Part shown: one piece after another, positions 1-8,356 of the stretch
Position numbering within the stretch: position 1 is the first letter of the stretch
How the letters are laid out: every line of letters starts with the position of its first letter
Assembly (NCBI GenBank): GCA_041494705.1
Contig: JBGQBI010000003.1
Coordinates: forward strand, 180,001-212,000
DNA: 32,000 nt
Direction of reading: 5' to 3'
From: Candidatus Methanoperedens sp.
GTDB lineage: Archaea > Halobacteriota > Methanosarcinia > Methanosarcinales > Methanoperedenaceae
Notes under the pieces: model-generated
What the model was told of the DNA's origin: nothing
What the model saw: the letters and a program-made list of their open reading frames with translations, nothing else
Databases searched by the model: none
Program-made: the position numbers and the translations under genes

Positions 1-139
1 AGCTATAATAATAGCAATCTTAATTGTACTTTTTATAGTAATACCAAAATTCACACATTCGATGGATACCCTGGTCAGCAAACTACCCCTGTCAATACCC
101 TGAAAACCAGCTGGAATCCAAAAATAATGAGTATAATGA

Positions 140-216
140 AAACCTTTAAGAAAGGTTTATCAAACGACGGGTATGGTGCGCCATACCCGGACACGCCCTC
201 CCGAGGCGTGACTCGG
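140..216 (+). repeat. 77-nt three-hairpin repeat element, copy 1 (26 nt upstream of the dehydrogenase ATG)
   Basis: Matches the reverse complement of 18188-18264 at 73/77 positions (hand alignment). It has three perfect stems: aaaccttt/aaaggttt, gggtatgg/ccataccc, cacgcc/ggcgtg. Confidence 0.85.
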
Positions 217-242
217 GACGTCATAAAGGGGCGTAACCCTTT

Positions 243-1244
243 ATGAAAATCGCAATTGTTCCCGGTGACGGCATTGGAAGGGAAGTTATCCCTGCATCTC
301 TTACCGTACTCGATGCCTTTGGTCTTGATATCGAAAAAGTCCCTCTTGATATTGGTTATGGCAAGTGGGAGCGCACGGGGAGCGCAATAACGGATGAGGA
401 TATTAACACCATCAAGGAATGTGATTGCGTGCTTTTCGGGGCAATCACGACGCCGCATGATCCGAATTATAAAAGTGTGCTTGTGCGCCTACGGAAAGAA
501 CTTGATTTATATGCCAATATACGACCATTTGCGCCCCTGAAAACTGTAAAATTGCCCTGCGCCGGGAAATTCGATTTTGTAATCGTAAGGGAAAATACCG
601 AAGGTATGTATTCCGGGATTGAGGAACTGCATGAAGACGCGGCATATACCACACGGGTTATTACCAGAAAGGGCTGCGAGAGAATAGCAATGCGCGCTTG
701 CTTGCTCGCAAAGGAAAGAAAACAGTCGATTACAATAGTGCATAAGGCAAATGTGTTAAAATCGGATTCTTTTTTCCGCGACGTCGCTATAGGCGTTGCA
801 AAGAAAAACGGAATATCTTATAATGAAATGCTGGTTGATGCAATGGCGTATGATTTAATCCTGCGCCCGCAAAAATATGATGTGATAGTGACCACGAACC
901 TTTTCGGCGATATCCTGAGCGATGAGGCAGCCGCCATATCAGGCGGGCTTGGCCTTTGCCCGAGCGCCAATATCGGCGACCGCTATGCGCTTTTCGAGCC
1001 CATCCACGGCAGCGCGCCTGATATTGCAGGGAAGGGCATTGCCAATCCGATTGCGGCTATCCTGAGCGTCAGGATGATGCTTGAATGGGCAGGAAAGGCT
1101 AAGGAAGCAGAGTCAATCAGCAGGGCTGTGGACGATGTTCTTAAGCAGGGGATAGTAACGCCTGACCTCGGGGGTTCTTATTCAACTGCTGATGTATCGA
1201 ATGCCATCGCAGAATCGGTTAGTAGACTTATAGGAAAGCAATAA
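243..1244 (+). CDS. Isocitrate/isopropylmalate dehydrogenase family protein (short archaeal LeuB/AksF type; substrate not assignable)
   Basis: 333-aa ORF with family blocks KIAIVPGDGIGREV, IVRENTEGMYSG, HKANVL, NLFGDILSDEAA, GGLGLCPSANIG, FEPIHGSAPDIAGKGIANP, VTPDLGG. Confidence 0.9.
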   Translation: MKIAIVPGDGIGREVIPASLTVLDAFGLDIEKVPLDIGYGKWERTGSAITDEDINTIKECDCVLFGAITTPHDPNYKSVLVRLRKELDLYANIRPFAPLKTVKLPCAGKFDFVIVRENTEGMYSGIEELHEDAAYTTRVITRKGCERIAMRACLLAKERKQSITIVHKANVLKSDSFFRDVAIGVAKKNGISYNEMLVDAMAYDLILRPQKYDVIVTTNLFGDILSDEAAAISGGLGLCPSANIGDRYALFEPIHGSAPDIAGKGIANPIAAILSVRMMLEWAGKAKEAESISRAVDDVLKQGIVTPDLGGSYSTADVSNAIAESVSRLIGKQ

Positions 1245-1444
1245 TACTGAAAATGATGCCTTTGTCTGGAGGCAGAACTTCGCTGCAAACACGTAAACTA
1301 TAAATGTACATTATTCATAAAAGGTTTGATAGAAACTGCAAAATAACAAACATGGGTATTTGCAGCAGTTATGAACAAAAAAGTGAAAAACTTACCGGTG
1401 GTATCAATCGAGCCTCTGTATCCGGTGGAATCAACGGAGGATAG

Positions 1445-3925
1445 GTGGTGACCGGCGATAAAGGCGTAAAACCAGGGTTTGCAGGTTTTGGAGGATTAAT
1501 AGGGATCAGCATAGGACTTGCAGCAATTGCCTGGGTTCTGGATTCAATTTCAGATTCTATTATATTCCATGATGGGACTCTTATCGGGCAGCTACTATCC
1601 CCAACTGCTCATGAAATCGGGATCCGGGTTTTATTTGGGTTCGTTCTAATCGTGTTCGGTACCTACACCCAGTTGAACACAGGTCGGAGCAAGCGGGTGG
1701 AGGAGGAGCTTCGACAATCCGAGGAAAAATACCGGATGTTAATTGAGAATATCCAGGAAGGCGTATTTATTATCCAGGATGGTAAACTTCAATTTGTCAA
1801 TGAAGCATTTGCAAGAACGGCTGGCTACAATGTGGGGGAAATTATCGGCAGGGATTTCAGGGATTTAGTTGCGCCTGAGGATTTGGAAATGGTAGCAGAC
1901 CGTTATTATCGAAGGCAGGCGGGAGAAAATGTCCCTGATGAATACGAATTCCATGTGATGTGTAAGGACGGGACAAGAATCGTTGTCAATATGAATGTGG
2001 GGCTTGTAACTTATCGCGGCAGGGTAGCAAGTATGGGGATTTTGAAAGATATCACCGGGCGTAAACAGGTGGAAGAGGCGTTGAAAGAAGCTACCATAAA
2101 GGCTGAGGAGGAGAAAAACAAATCCGAGGCGATTATTGCATCTTTAGGTGATGGCATCATCATCCAGGATACTGATTATAAGGTAATATATCAGAACCAG
2201 GTTCAGAATGGTTTGTTCGGGAACCGTATTGGGGAGTACTGTTACAAAGCTTATGAAGGCAGGGATACTATTTGTGAGTGGTGCCCTGTGGAAATATCTT
2301 TCAGGGATGGAAAGATTCACAGAACAGATAGAGAGGTTAATACTGAGAGTGGGACAATGTATTACGAACTTACCTCATCACCTTTAAGAGATTCTACTGG
2401 GAAAATCATAGCAGGAATCAAAGTTGTGAGGGATATCACTGAACGCAAGCGTGCGGAAGAGAAGTTGCGTGAAGGAGAACAGTTCCTTGCAAGCATTTTT
2501 GAAAGCATACAGGACGGCATTGGCATCATCGACAAAGACATGAACGTTATCCATGTAAATACAACAACTGAAAGGTGGTATCCGCATACCTCGCGGTTCA
2601 TAGGCAGGAAATGCTACGAAGTCTATCACGGCAGAAGCGAGCGATGTGAGGCCTGCCCCGCCTGGCGAACACTTAAAACAGGCGAATCCGCTCACGATGT
2701 TGTTCCCAAACATGGGCCCGGGGGAAATGAAGTTGGCTGGGCTGAAATTTACAGTTTCCCTCTATTCGATACAACAACAGGGCAAATGAATGGGGTAATC
2801 GAATATGTACGCGACATCACCGAACGCAGGCGGGTGGAAGAGGAACTGGCTAAAAGCAGGATGATGCTCATAAAAGCCCAGGAGATCGGGCGCATGGGGT
2901 CATGGGAATGGGACATCACCACGAATGAGGTCGTCTGGTCAAAAGAGGTCTATACGATTTATGGTCTGGATACTGGAATATGTAAACCAAATTATGACCT
3001 CGTTTTAAATACTATGACGCCTGCAAGCAAAAATGACTTCTTGAAAGCTATTGATGATGCTCTTAAAAGGCGAAAGCCTTTCGAGATGGAATACAGCCTC
3101 ATCCGTCCGGACGGAGCAAGGGGGTATATCCACACAAAAGGCGAAGTGCTGTATGATAGCGAAGGTCATCCATTATCAATGTATGGAATGGTGCAAGACA
3201 TCACAGAGCGCAAAAAAGTCGAAGAAAAAATCCGCAATTACACAAGAGAGCTTGAGGAATCCAATCGCATGAAGGAACTTTTCACTGATATCATGCATCA
3301 TGACCTTTTGAATCCACTGACTACCGCTAACGGCTTCATTGAACTTCTTAAGGAAAATGAGACTATTTCCCGGAAAAAAGCCTATCTTGAAACCATTGAA
3401 AGAAGTCTTGTAAAGGGAATGGAACTCATAGATAGCGCCATGAAATTTTCAAGGTTTGAGAGTTTGAAAAGTATTGAACTGGAAGAGCTGGACTTAAAAA
3501 AGATTATCGAAGAAGTCATTGAAGCCCTCACCCCGATGGCGGATAATGCGGGAATGGAAATCGTGAATCGCATAACTTTGGATTTGCCTGTGAGAGCCAA
3601 TAAAATAATTGAAGAGGTCTTTTCAAACCTCCTATCCAATGCTATAAAATATGCATCAAGTGGTAAAAGAATAATTATAGAAAGCGAGGATAAGGGAGAA
3701 AGCCTGCAAGTCAGGATAATAGATTTCGGGGAAGGTATAAAGGAAAGCGATAAGACCATGATTTTCGAACGATTCATAAGGGGAGGAAAAACGGGCGTTA
3801 AGGGTTCAGGTCTCGGCCTTGCCATTGCAGGGAAGATTATGGAATTGCACAATGGAAGGATATGGGTTGAAGATAATCCCGAAGGCGGGGCAATTTTTAT
3901 TGTCGAGATTCCAAGGAATCTATAG
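1445..3925 (+). CDS. Membrane-anchored multi-PAS sensor histidine kinase
   Basis: 826-aa ORF with a GTG start just after GGAGGA. N-terminal hydrophobic helices are followed by repeated PAS-like modules, each ending in DITERK/DITGRK/DITERR. Kinase motifs: H-box MHHDLLNPL, N-box NLLSNAIKYA, G1 IDFGEGI, G2 GSGLGLAIA. Confidence 0.9.
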   Translation: MVTGDKGVKPGFAGFGGLIGISIGLAAIAWVLDSISDSIIFHDGTLIGQLLSPTAHEIGIRVLFGFVLIVFGTYTQLNTGRSKRVEEELRQSEEKYRMLIENIQEGVFIIQDGKLQFVNEAFARTAGYNVGEIIGRDFRDLVAPEDLEMVADRYYRRQAGENVPDEYEFHVMCKDGTRIVVNMNVGLVTYRGRVASMGILKDITGRKQVEEALKEATIKAEEEKNKSEAIIASLGDGIIIQDTDYKVIYQNQVQNGLFGNRIGEYCYKAYEGRDTICEWCPVEISFRDGKIHRTDREVNTESGTMYYELTSSPLRDSTGKIIAGIKVVRDITERKRAEEKLREGEQFLASIFESIQDGIGIIDKDMNVIHVNTTTERWYPHTSRFIGRKCYEVYHGRSERCEACPAWRTLKTGESAHDVVPKHGPGGNEVGWAEIYSFPLFDTTTGQMNGVIEYVRDITERRRVEEELAKSRMMLIKAQEIGRMGSWEWDITTNEVVWSKEVYTIYGLDTGICKPNYDLVLNTMTPASKNDFLKAIDDALKRRKPFEMEYSLIRPDGARGYIHTKGEVLYDSEGHPLSMYGMVQDITERKKVEEKIRNYTRELEESNRMKELFTDIMHHDLLNPLTTANGFIELLKENETISRKKAYLETIERSLVKGMELIDSAMKFSRFESLKSIELEELDLKKIIEEVIEALTPMADNAGMEIVNRITLDLPVRANKIIEEVFSNLLSNAIKYASSGKRIIIESEDKGESLQVRIIDFGEGIKESDKTMIFERFIRGGKTGVKGSGLGLAIAGKIMELHNGRIWVEDNPEGGAIFIVEIPRNL

Positions 3926-3978
3926 TTGAGAACCTAATTTTTCAAGCATATTCCTGTGCATACTTCGCGTACTTGGCG

Positions 3979-4264
3979 CCTTTGCGGTGTGCGATTTTAT
4001 TCACCGCAGAGCCGCAAAGGTCACAAAGATAGTTTTATAATCACGTTCTTAAATAATCATAATCCTGAATAAAAAGCTTCGGGGTCTGGACAGGATTAAC
4101 AGGATGAACTGGATTTATCCCGTCAATCCTGTTATCCCGTCTAAAAATGATAAATGTGTCATTGGTTAAGAGTAATATTGTGATGGAACACGGATTGCAC
4201 GGATGACACAGATGCGCGCGGATACGTAAATAAATCCGTGAAAATCCGTCTAATCCGTGTCATC
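3979..4264. repeat. Cluster of REP-like palindromic modules in a ~500-bp convergent intergenic region
   Basis: Module 1: cctttgcgg(3979-3987)/ccgcaaagg(4012-4020), with the competing inner stem tgcggtg/caccgca. Module 2: taacaggat(4097-4105)/atcctgtta(4126-4134), enclosing ggatttatcc, plus the direct repeat ttatcccgtc x2 (4115-4124, 4132-4141). Module 3: three CGGAT motifs (4190-4223) facing three ATCCG motifs (4234-4258), plus gatgacac/gtgtcatc. Confidence 0.7.
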
Positions 4265-4428
4265 AGTGTTCGATTTAAACTAAATTGGAAATTACGAGAA
4301 ATCATTTGTTTTTTGAAAAACGATACTTATCAAGTCAGTCAGACTCCTTAACCGATGACCAATGAAAAATGGTACGTCAAGATTTGAAATTGTAGATATT
4401 TACGAACCTTGCTATAATTGTTTGGTTT

Positions 4429-5406
4429 TTAACTGATTAATTTCATTAATGCAAACGCCAGCGTTCCCGCAAGGACCGGGGATACGAACCATGCAACCAC
4501 AATTTTTTTGACGACTTCGCCCCTCATTATATGCATTCCGCTGTTTGCGCACCCTATCCCGATGACCCCTGCGGCGACTATCTCGCCAAGCGATACCGGA
4601 ACACCGAGGATGGAAGCTATATGGACAAGCCCTGCCGATATGAACTCCACGAATGTGGCGCGGATTACACAGAGTTCGGTTATATCATTCCCGACCGTGT
4701 CCAGTATCCTACCGCCAAGAAGAAGTGCCCCAAAGCCGATAGCAAGACCGCCGAAAATCGCGCCATAGAGTACTGAGATTTGACCTGCGCCCACAAACGG
4801 CCCCACCGCATTGGCTGCATTGTTTGCCCCGGCGGAATATGCCACATAACAACCTGAAAAAGTAAGGAGAACGTTCAGGAGTTTCCGTATGGACGCTTCG
4901 GAGTCGCCTCTATCCGCAAGCCAGATAAGTATGTCAGTGTAAAAGTATTTTCCCATAATATACGCAAGCAGCCAGGCAATAATGGGTGTTATTATCCACC
5001 AGCTAACAATATATGCCAGAAGGGAGATATTCAATTTCGATGCCCCGTAGAAAAACCCGATTCCTACAATCGCGCCGACTGCAGCCTGGCTTGTGGATAT
5101 GGGTACGCGCAGCACGTTTGCAAGGAAAACCGTTATACCTGCGGCTCCGACCGCCACAATAGCCCCTTCCATTACGATTGTCCCCGAGGGAAGAATTCCA
5201 TTCCCGAGCGTCTTTATTACTTCGCCCCCGCTGAATACCGCCCCGAGAAGGGAGAATACCCCGATTAGCAATACGGCCTGGTATTTGGTACGGACCTTTG
5301 CACCGTAAGCCGCGCCCATCGAAGCAGCCGCATTATTGCCGCCGATATTCAATCCCATGAAAAGGGCAACAGCAAATGCGGCAATTAAAGTAAATGCGGG
5401 TATCAT
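4429..5406 (-). CDS. pit: PiT-family inorganic phosphate transporter
   Basis: 325-aa polytopic protein with the duplicated PiT signature GGNNAAASMGAAYG and GANNAANAVGPFVG. Confidence 0.9.
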   Translation of the reverse strand: MIPAFTLIAAFAVALFMGLNIGGNNAAASMGAAYGAKVRTKYQAVLLIGVFSLLGAVFSGGEVIKTLGNGILPSGTIVMEGAIVAVGAAGITVFLANVLRVPISTSQAAVGAIVGIGFFYGASKLNISLLAYIVSWWIITPIIAWLLAYIMGKYFYTDILIWLADRGDSEASIRKLLNVLLTFSGCYVAYSAGANNAANAVGPFVGAGQISVLYGAIFGGLAIGFGALLLGGRILDTVGNDITELCVIRATFVEFISAGLVHIASILGVPVSLGEIVAAGVIGIGCANSGMHIMRGEVVKKIVVAWFVSPVLAGTLAFALMKLIS

Positions 5407-5491
5407 AATAATTATCTCAAATCGGACTGGCTATGATATAAGGATAATATAACGTAATGGTTGCGGCAATAATTGACACAATTTACACAAT

Positions 5492-6241
5492 CTACGAAAC
5501 AAGGCGCGAAATGAGCTTTTGTCCTTCCTCGGTCTTGAATATGGGAGGATTCCAGTCCTGTATTATTTTTGCTCTCTGTGTTTTGACCTCGATTTTCCTG
5601 ACCGGGTCGTATCCGGTTTTATCCTGCATTTCCCTGTAAACCAGAATACCGCATCTCTGCCATGCAGGTGTTTCAGCAAGATTGATGCCGTGCTTGAAAA
5701 CAAGTTCGTGGAGCGAGCTTGCTTTCATGTTCTTAAGCTTGGATGCGGCTTCATTCTCGTCTAACCCGGAATTTCGCAGTGTATAAAACCCGTAAGAACT
5801 TACATGGTTCCTCCAGGTCTCCGATTGCCTCCATAAAAGATAACTGTAAATATCCTCTTTTCCAAGGGGAATGACCCGTGAATCGAATGATACAGATTTT
5901 TCAAGCTTCAAGCGGATGGTAAGCGCGGAAGAAATGAAACTTGGGATTATTGAGTCGATTTTCTCTATCCTGTTATTATAGGGGATTTCCTTGAAAAATA
6001 ATGAAATCTCATCTGAAAATGTGAAAGCAAACAGGGGATTCAAGCCGCTTTCCCTGAAAAAAGATTCGATGGAATCCGCCATCGCGTGGGCAAATCTTTC
6101 GTCATACGGTTTTTCAAGTCCTAACAGGTCAAGCGCGCGCCGGAACCCCCGCCCGTCAATCCTGACAGCAAAAGGAGGGAACACCTTAATGCCGGAGTAG
6201 ATTTCCCTCTCCTTCATCTCCTTTTCTAAAAGGTCAATCAC
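5492..6241 (-). CDS. thg1: tRNA(His) guanylyltransferase (Thg1/TLP family)
   Basis: 249 aa with FAVRIDGRGFRRA and FTFSDEISLFF blocks typical of Thg1-like proteins. Its start lies 3 nt downstream of the PRC-barrel gene stop. Confidence 0.85.
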   Translation of the reverse strand: MIDLLEKEMKEREIYSGIKVFPPFAVRIDGRGFRRALDLLGLEKPYDERFAHAMADSIESFFRESGLNPLFAFTFSDEISLFFKEIPYNNRIEKIDSIIPSFISSALTIRLKLEKSVSFDSRVIPLGKEDIYSYLLWRQSETWRNHVSSYGFYTLRNSGLDENEAASKLKNMKASSLHELVFKHGINLAETPAWQRCGILVYREMQDKTGYDPVRKIEVKTQRAKIIQDWNPPIFKTEEGQKLISRLVS

Positions 6242-6244
6242 GAT

Positions 6245-6544
6245 TTACTGTTTTTCCTCTTCTTCATCAGAAATATTATAGTCCTCGGGGATTTCTTCCG
6301 GTTTCTTGAACTGGTCTTTGACGTGCCTGATAAGAACAACATCGCCAACTGCTGTTACCCACCTGTACGGGATAACTACTCCTTTGCCGGTAGATTCGAA
6401 CATTTCAGGATTCAATTTTGTGACCGCAAGACCCGTTGCTTTTTTCTCACTTACTTCAAGAACTACATCATTGACTTTTCCAATGTATACCCCTTTATCA
6501 GTATAAACATTCAAACCGAATAGTGTTGAGACTTCTGCCTGCAT
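6245..6544 (-). CDS. PRC-barrel domain protein
   Basis: 99 aa with a VYTDKGVYIGKVNDVVLE...GLAV...VVIPYRWV pattern typical of archaeal PRC-barrel proteins, plus an acidic C-terminal tail. Confidence 0.75.
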   Translation of the reverse strand: MQAEVSTLFGLNVYTDKGVYIGKVNDVVLEVSEKKATGLAVTKLNPEMFESTGKGVVIPYRWVTAVGDVVLIRHVKDQFKKPEEIPEDYNISDEEEEKQ

Positions 6545-6632
6545 TGTATCACCTTTACCTGAATATGAATGATATTAATATATACTTTATTGATTGTTTT
6601 CGCTTTTTTTCGCAGAAGTTTAATATTACCAA

Positions 6633-8351
6633 ATGACGATTCAGGGTCAAATGTTAACTACTGATGATATAAAACTCCTTATTAAGAAATATGCGCTGCA
6701 AAATGCGGTCAAATATAACAAACTGCCGCAGGCAGGAGCGGTTATGGGCAAGGTCATGGCAGCCCCTGAACTTCGCTCACGCGCAAAAGAAATAAACATG
6801 CTTATCGAGGAAGCGCTCTCTGAAATAAATAAAACGCCTCCCGATTCATGGGAAAAAGAATTAAATTCAATTGCCCCGGAACTCATTGCGGAACTCAAGG
6901 AAAAAAAGGAACCTGATAAAGGTCTTCCACCTCTTGAGTTGAAAGGTGCTCTTGTTATGAGGTTTGCGCCAAATCCCAATGGGCCGCCCACAATCGGAAG
7001 TGCGAGGGGAATCGTGGTGAACTCGGAATACACCAAAAAATACCACGGCAAGCTCATTATCCGTTTTGATGATACAGACCCGGCTACCAAGCGCCCGATG
7101 CTTGAAGCGTATGACTGGTATCTTGACGACTGCGAATGGCTCGGCGCAAAACCGGATGAGGTCATAATAGCATCAGACAGGATTCTGAAATATTATGAAG
7201 TAGCGGAAGAGCTTATTAAAAAGGGCGGTGCTTACGTATGTTTCTGTGAACAGGAAGAGTTCAAGGCGCTAAAGGATGCAAAAAAGCCATGCCCGCACAG
7301 GGAGGAGGCAGCGGAGAAAAACCTTGGATTCTGGAAAAAGATGCTTTCAGGCGGGTATGAAGAGCAGGAAGCGGTGCTGCGCATCAAGACTGATATAACC
7401 CATAAAGACCCGGCAATCCGGGATTGGGTGGCTTTCCGCATTATCAAGACGCCTCATCCAAGACCGCAAGTCGGAGATAAATACGTTGCCTGGCCCCTCC
7501 TTGATTTTGAGGGCGCAGTAGAAGACCACCTTCTGGGAACTACGTTAATCATCCGTGGCAAGGACCTCACTGACAGCGAAACCCGCCAGAGATATGTGTA
7601 TAAATACATGGGATGGACGTATCCTGAAACCATGCACTGGGGACGCGTGCAGATACACGAATTCGGGAAATTGAGTACAAGCGGCTTGAAGAAAGCGATT
7701 GCCGAAGGAGTTTATACCGGATGGGACGACCCGCGCGTTCCCACTATCAGGGCGCTGCGGCGGCGCGGCATACGACCCGAAGCTTTGCGGAAGTTCATGA
7801 TAGACCTGGGTCTTGGCGAGACAGATATAAGCCTGAGCCTGGATACGCTGTATGCCGAGAACCGAAAGCTCATCGACCCGGTTTCGAACAGGTATTTTTT
7901 TGTGTGGAACCCTGTCGAGCTTGAAATCGAAGGCGCGGAGCCGAAAGTTGCAAAGGCGCCGCTCCACCCTGCAAAGAAGGAAATGAGGGAAATTCCTGTG
8001 GGAACGAAGGTGCTTGTGTGCCAGAGCGATGTGGACATACTCAAGGAAGGTGAGAGGCTGCGCCTGAAAGACCTTTACAATATCGAGATAACAGGCATCT
8101 CGCCGCTTAAGGCGAAGTTCATAGGCACAGATATGGACCTTGTCAAGAAGGAGAAAGCGCGTATCATACACTGGGCTCCGCCTGATGGTCTTAAAGTCAA
8201 GGTGCTGTCGCCTGATGGGGAATATACGGGCATCGGGGAGCGCGGGATTGAGAAGGAATTGGACAAGGTAGTGCAGTTTGAGAGGTTCGGTTTCGTCAGG
8301 ATTGACAGCGTTGGAGAAGATGGGGTTGTGGCTTATTTTACGCATAAGTAA
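6633..8351 (+). CDS. gltX: Glutamyl-tRNA synthetase, archaeal type (divergent HIGH motif)
   Basis: 572 aa with RFAPNPNGPPTIGSARG, IIRFDDTDP, WPLLDFEGAVEDHLLGTTLIIRGKD and KLSTSG (KMSKS-equivalent) blocks of archaeal/eukaryal GluRS. Confidence 0.9.
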   Translation: MTIQGQMLTTDDIKLLIKKYALQNAVKYNKLPQAGAVMGKVMAAPELRSRAKEINMLIEEALSEINKTPPDSWEKELNSIAPELIAELKEKKEPDKGLPPLELKGALVMRFAPNPNGPPTIGSARGIVVNSEYTKKYHGKLIIRFDDTDPATKRPMLEAYDWYLDDCEWLGAKPDEVIIASDRILKYYEVAEELIKKGGAYVCFCEQEEFKALKDAKKPCPHREEAAEKNLGFWKKMLSGGYEEQEAVLRIKTDITHKDPAIRDWVAFRIIKTPHPRPQVGDKYVAWPLLDFEGAVEDHLLGTTLIIRGKDLTDSETRQRYVYKYMGWTYPETMHWGRVQIHEFGKLSTSGLKKAIAEGVYTGWDDPRVPTIRALRRRGIRPEALRKFMIDLGLGETDISLSLDTLYAENRKLIDPVSNRYFFVWNPVELEIEGAEPKVAKAPLHPAKKEMREIPVGTKVLVCQSDVDILKEGERLRLKDLYNIEITGISPLKAKFIGTDMDLVKKEKARIIHWAPPDGLKVKVLSPDGEYTGIGERGIEKELDKVVQFERFGFVRIDSVGEDGVVAYFTHK

Positions 8352-8356
8352 GTGTA

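Noticed and set aside
1-245. Open reading frames entering from the left edge. Frame 2 ends at 103 with a C-terminal TM-like AIIIAILIVLFIVIP. Frame 1 stays open to 245.
   Set aside because: The sequence is too short and AT-rich to support a call. Frame 1 would read through the 77-nt hairpin repeat. No motif is present, so I did not call a feature.
75-743. Minus-strand ORFs 75-458, 445-654, 467-652 and 507-743.
   Set aside because: They are antisense shadows of the well-supported dehydrogenase gene and of the repeat element. Their translations are low-complexity.
1351-1443. 30-codon upstream ORF (MGICSSYEQKSEKLTGGINRASVSGGINGG) ending right before the kinase GTG start.
   Set aside because: It has no ribosome-binding site or conservation evidence, and is probably just the 5' untranslated region.
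7545-8345. 266-aa minus-strand ORF inside gltX, plus other internal ORFs in gltX, the helicase, hss, ODC, tyrS, tsr3, rpoD and the TPR gene.
   Set aside because: All lie antisense to or out of frame within genes that carry strong family motifs. No independent signals support them.
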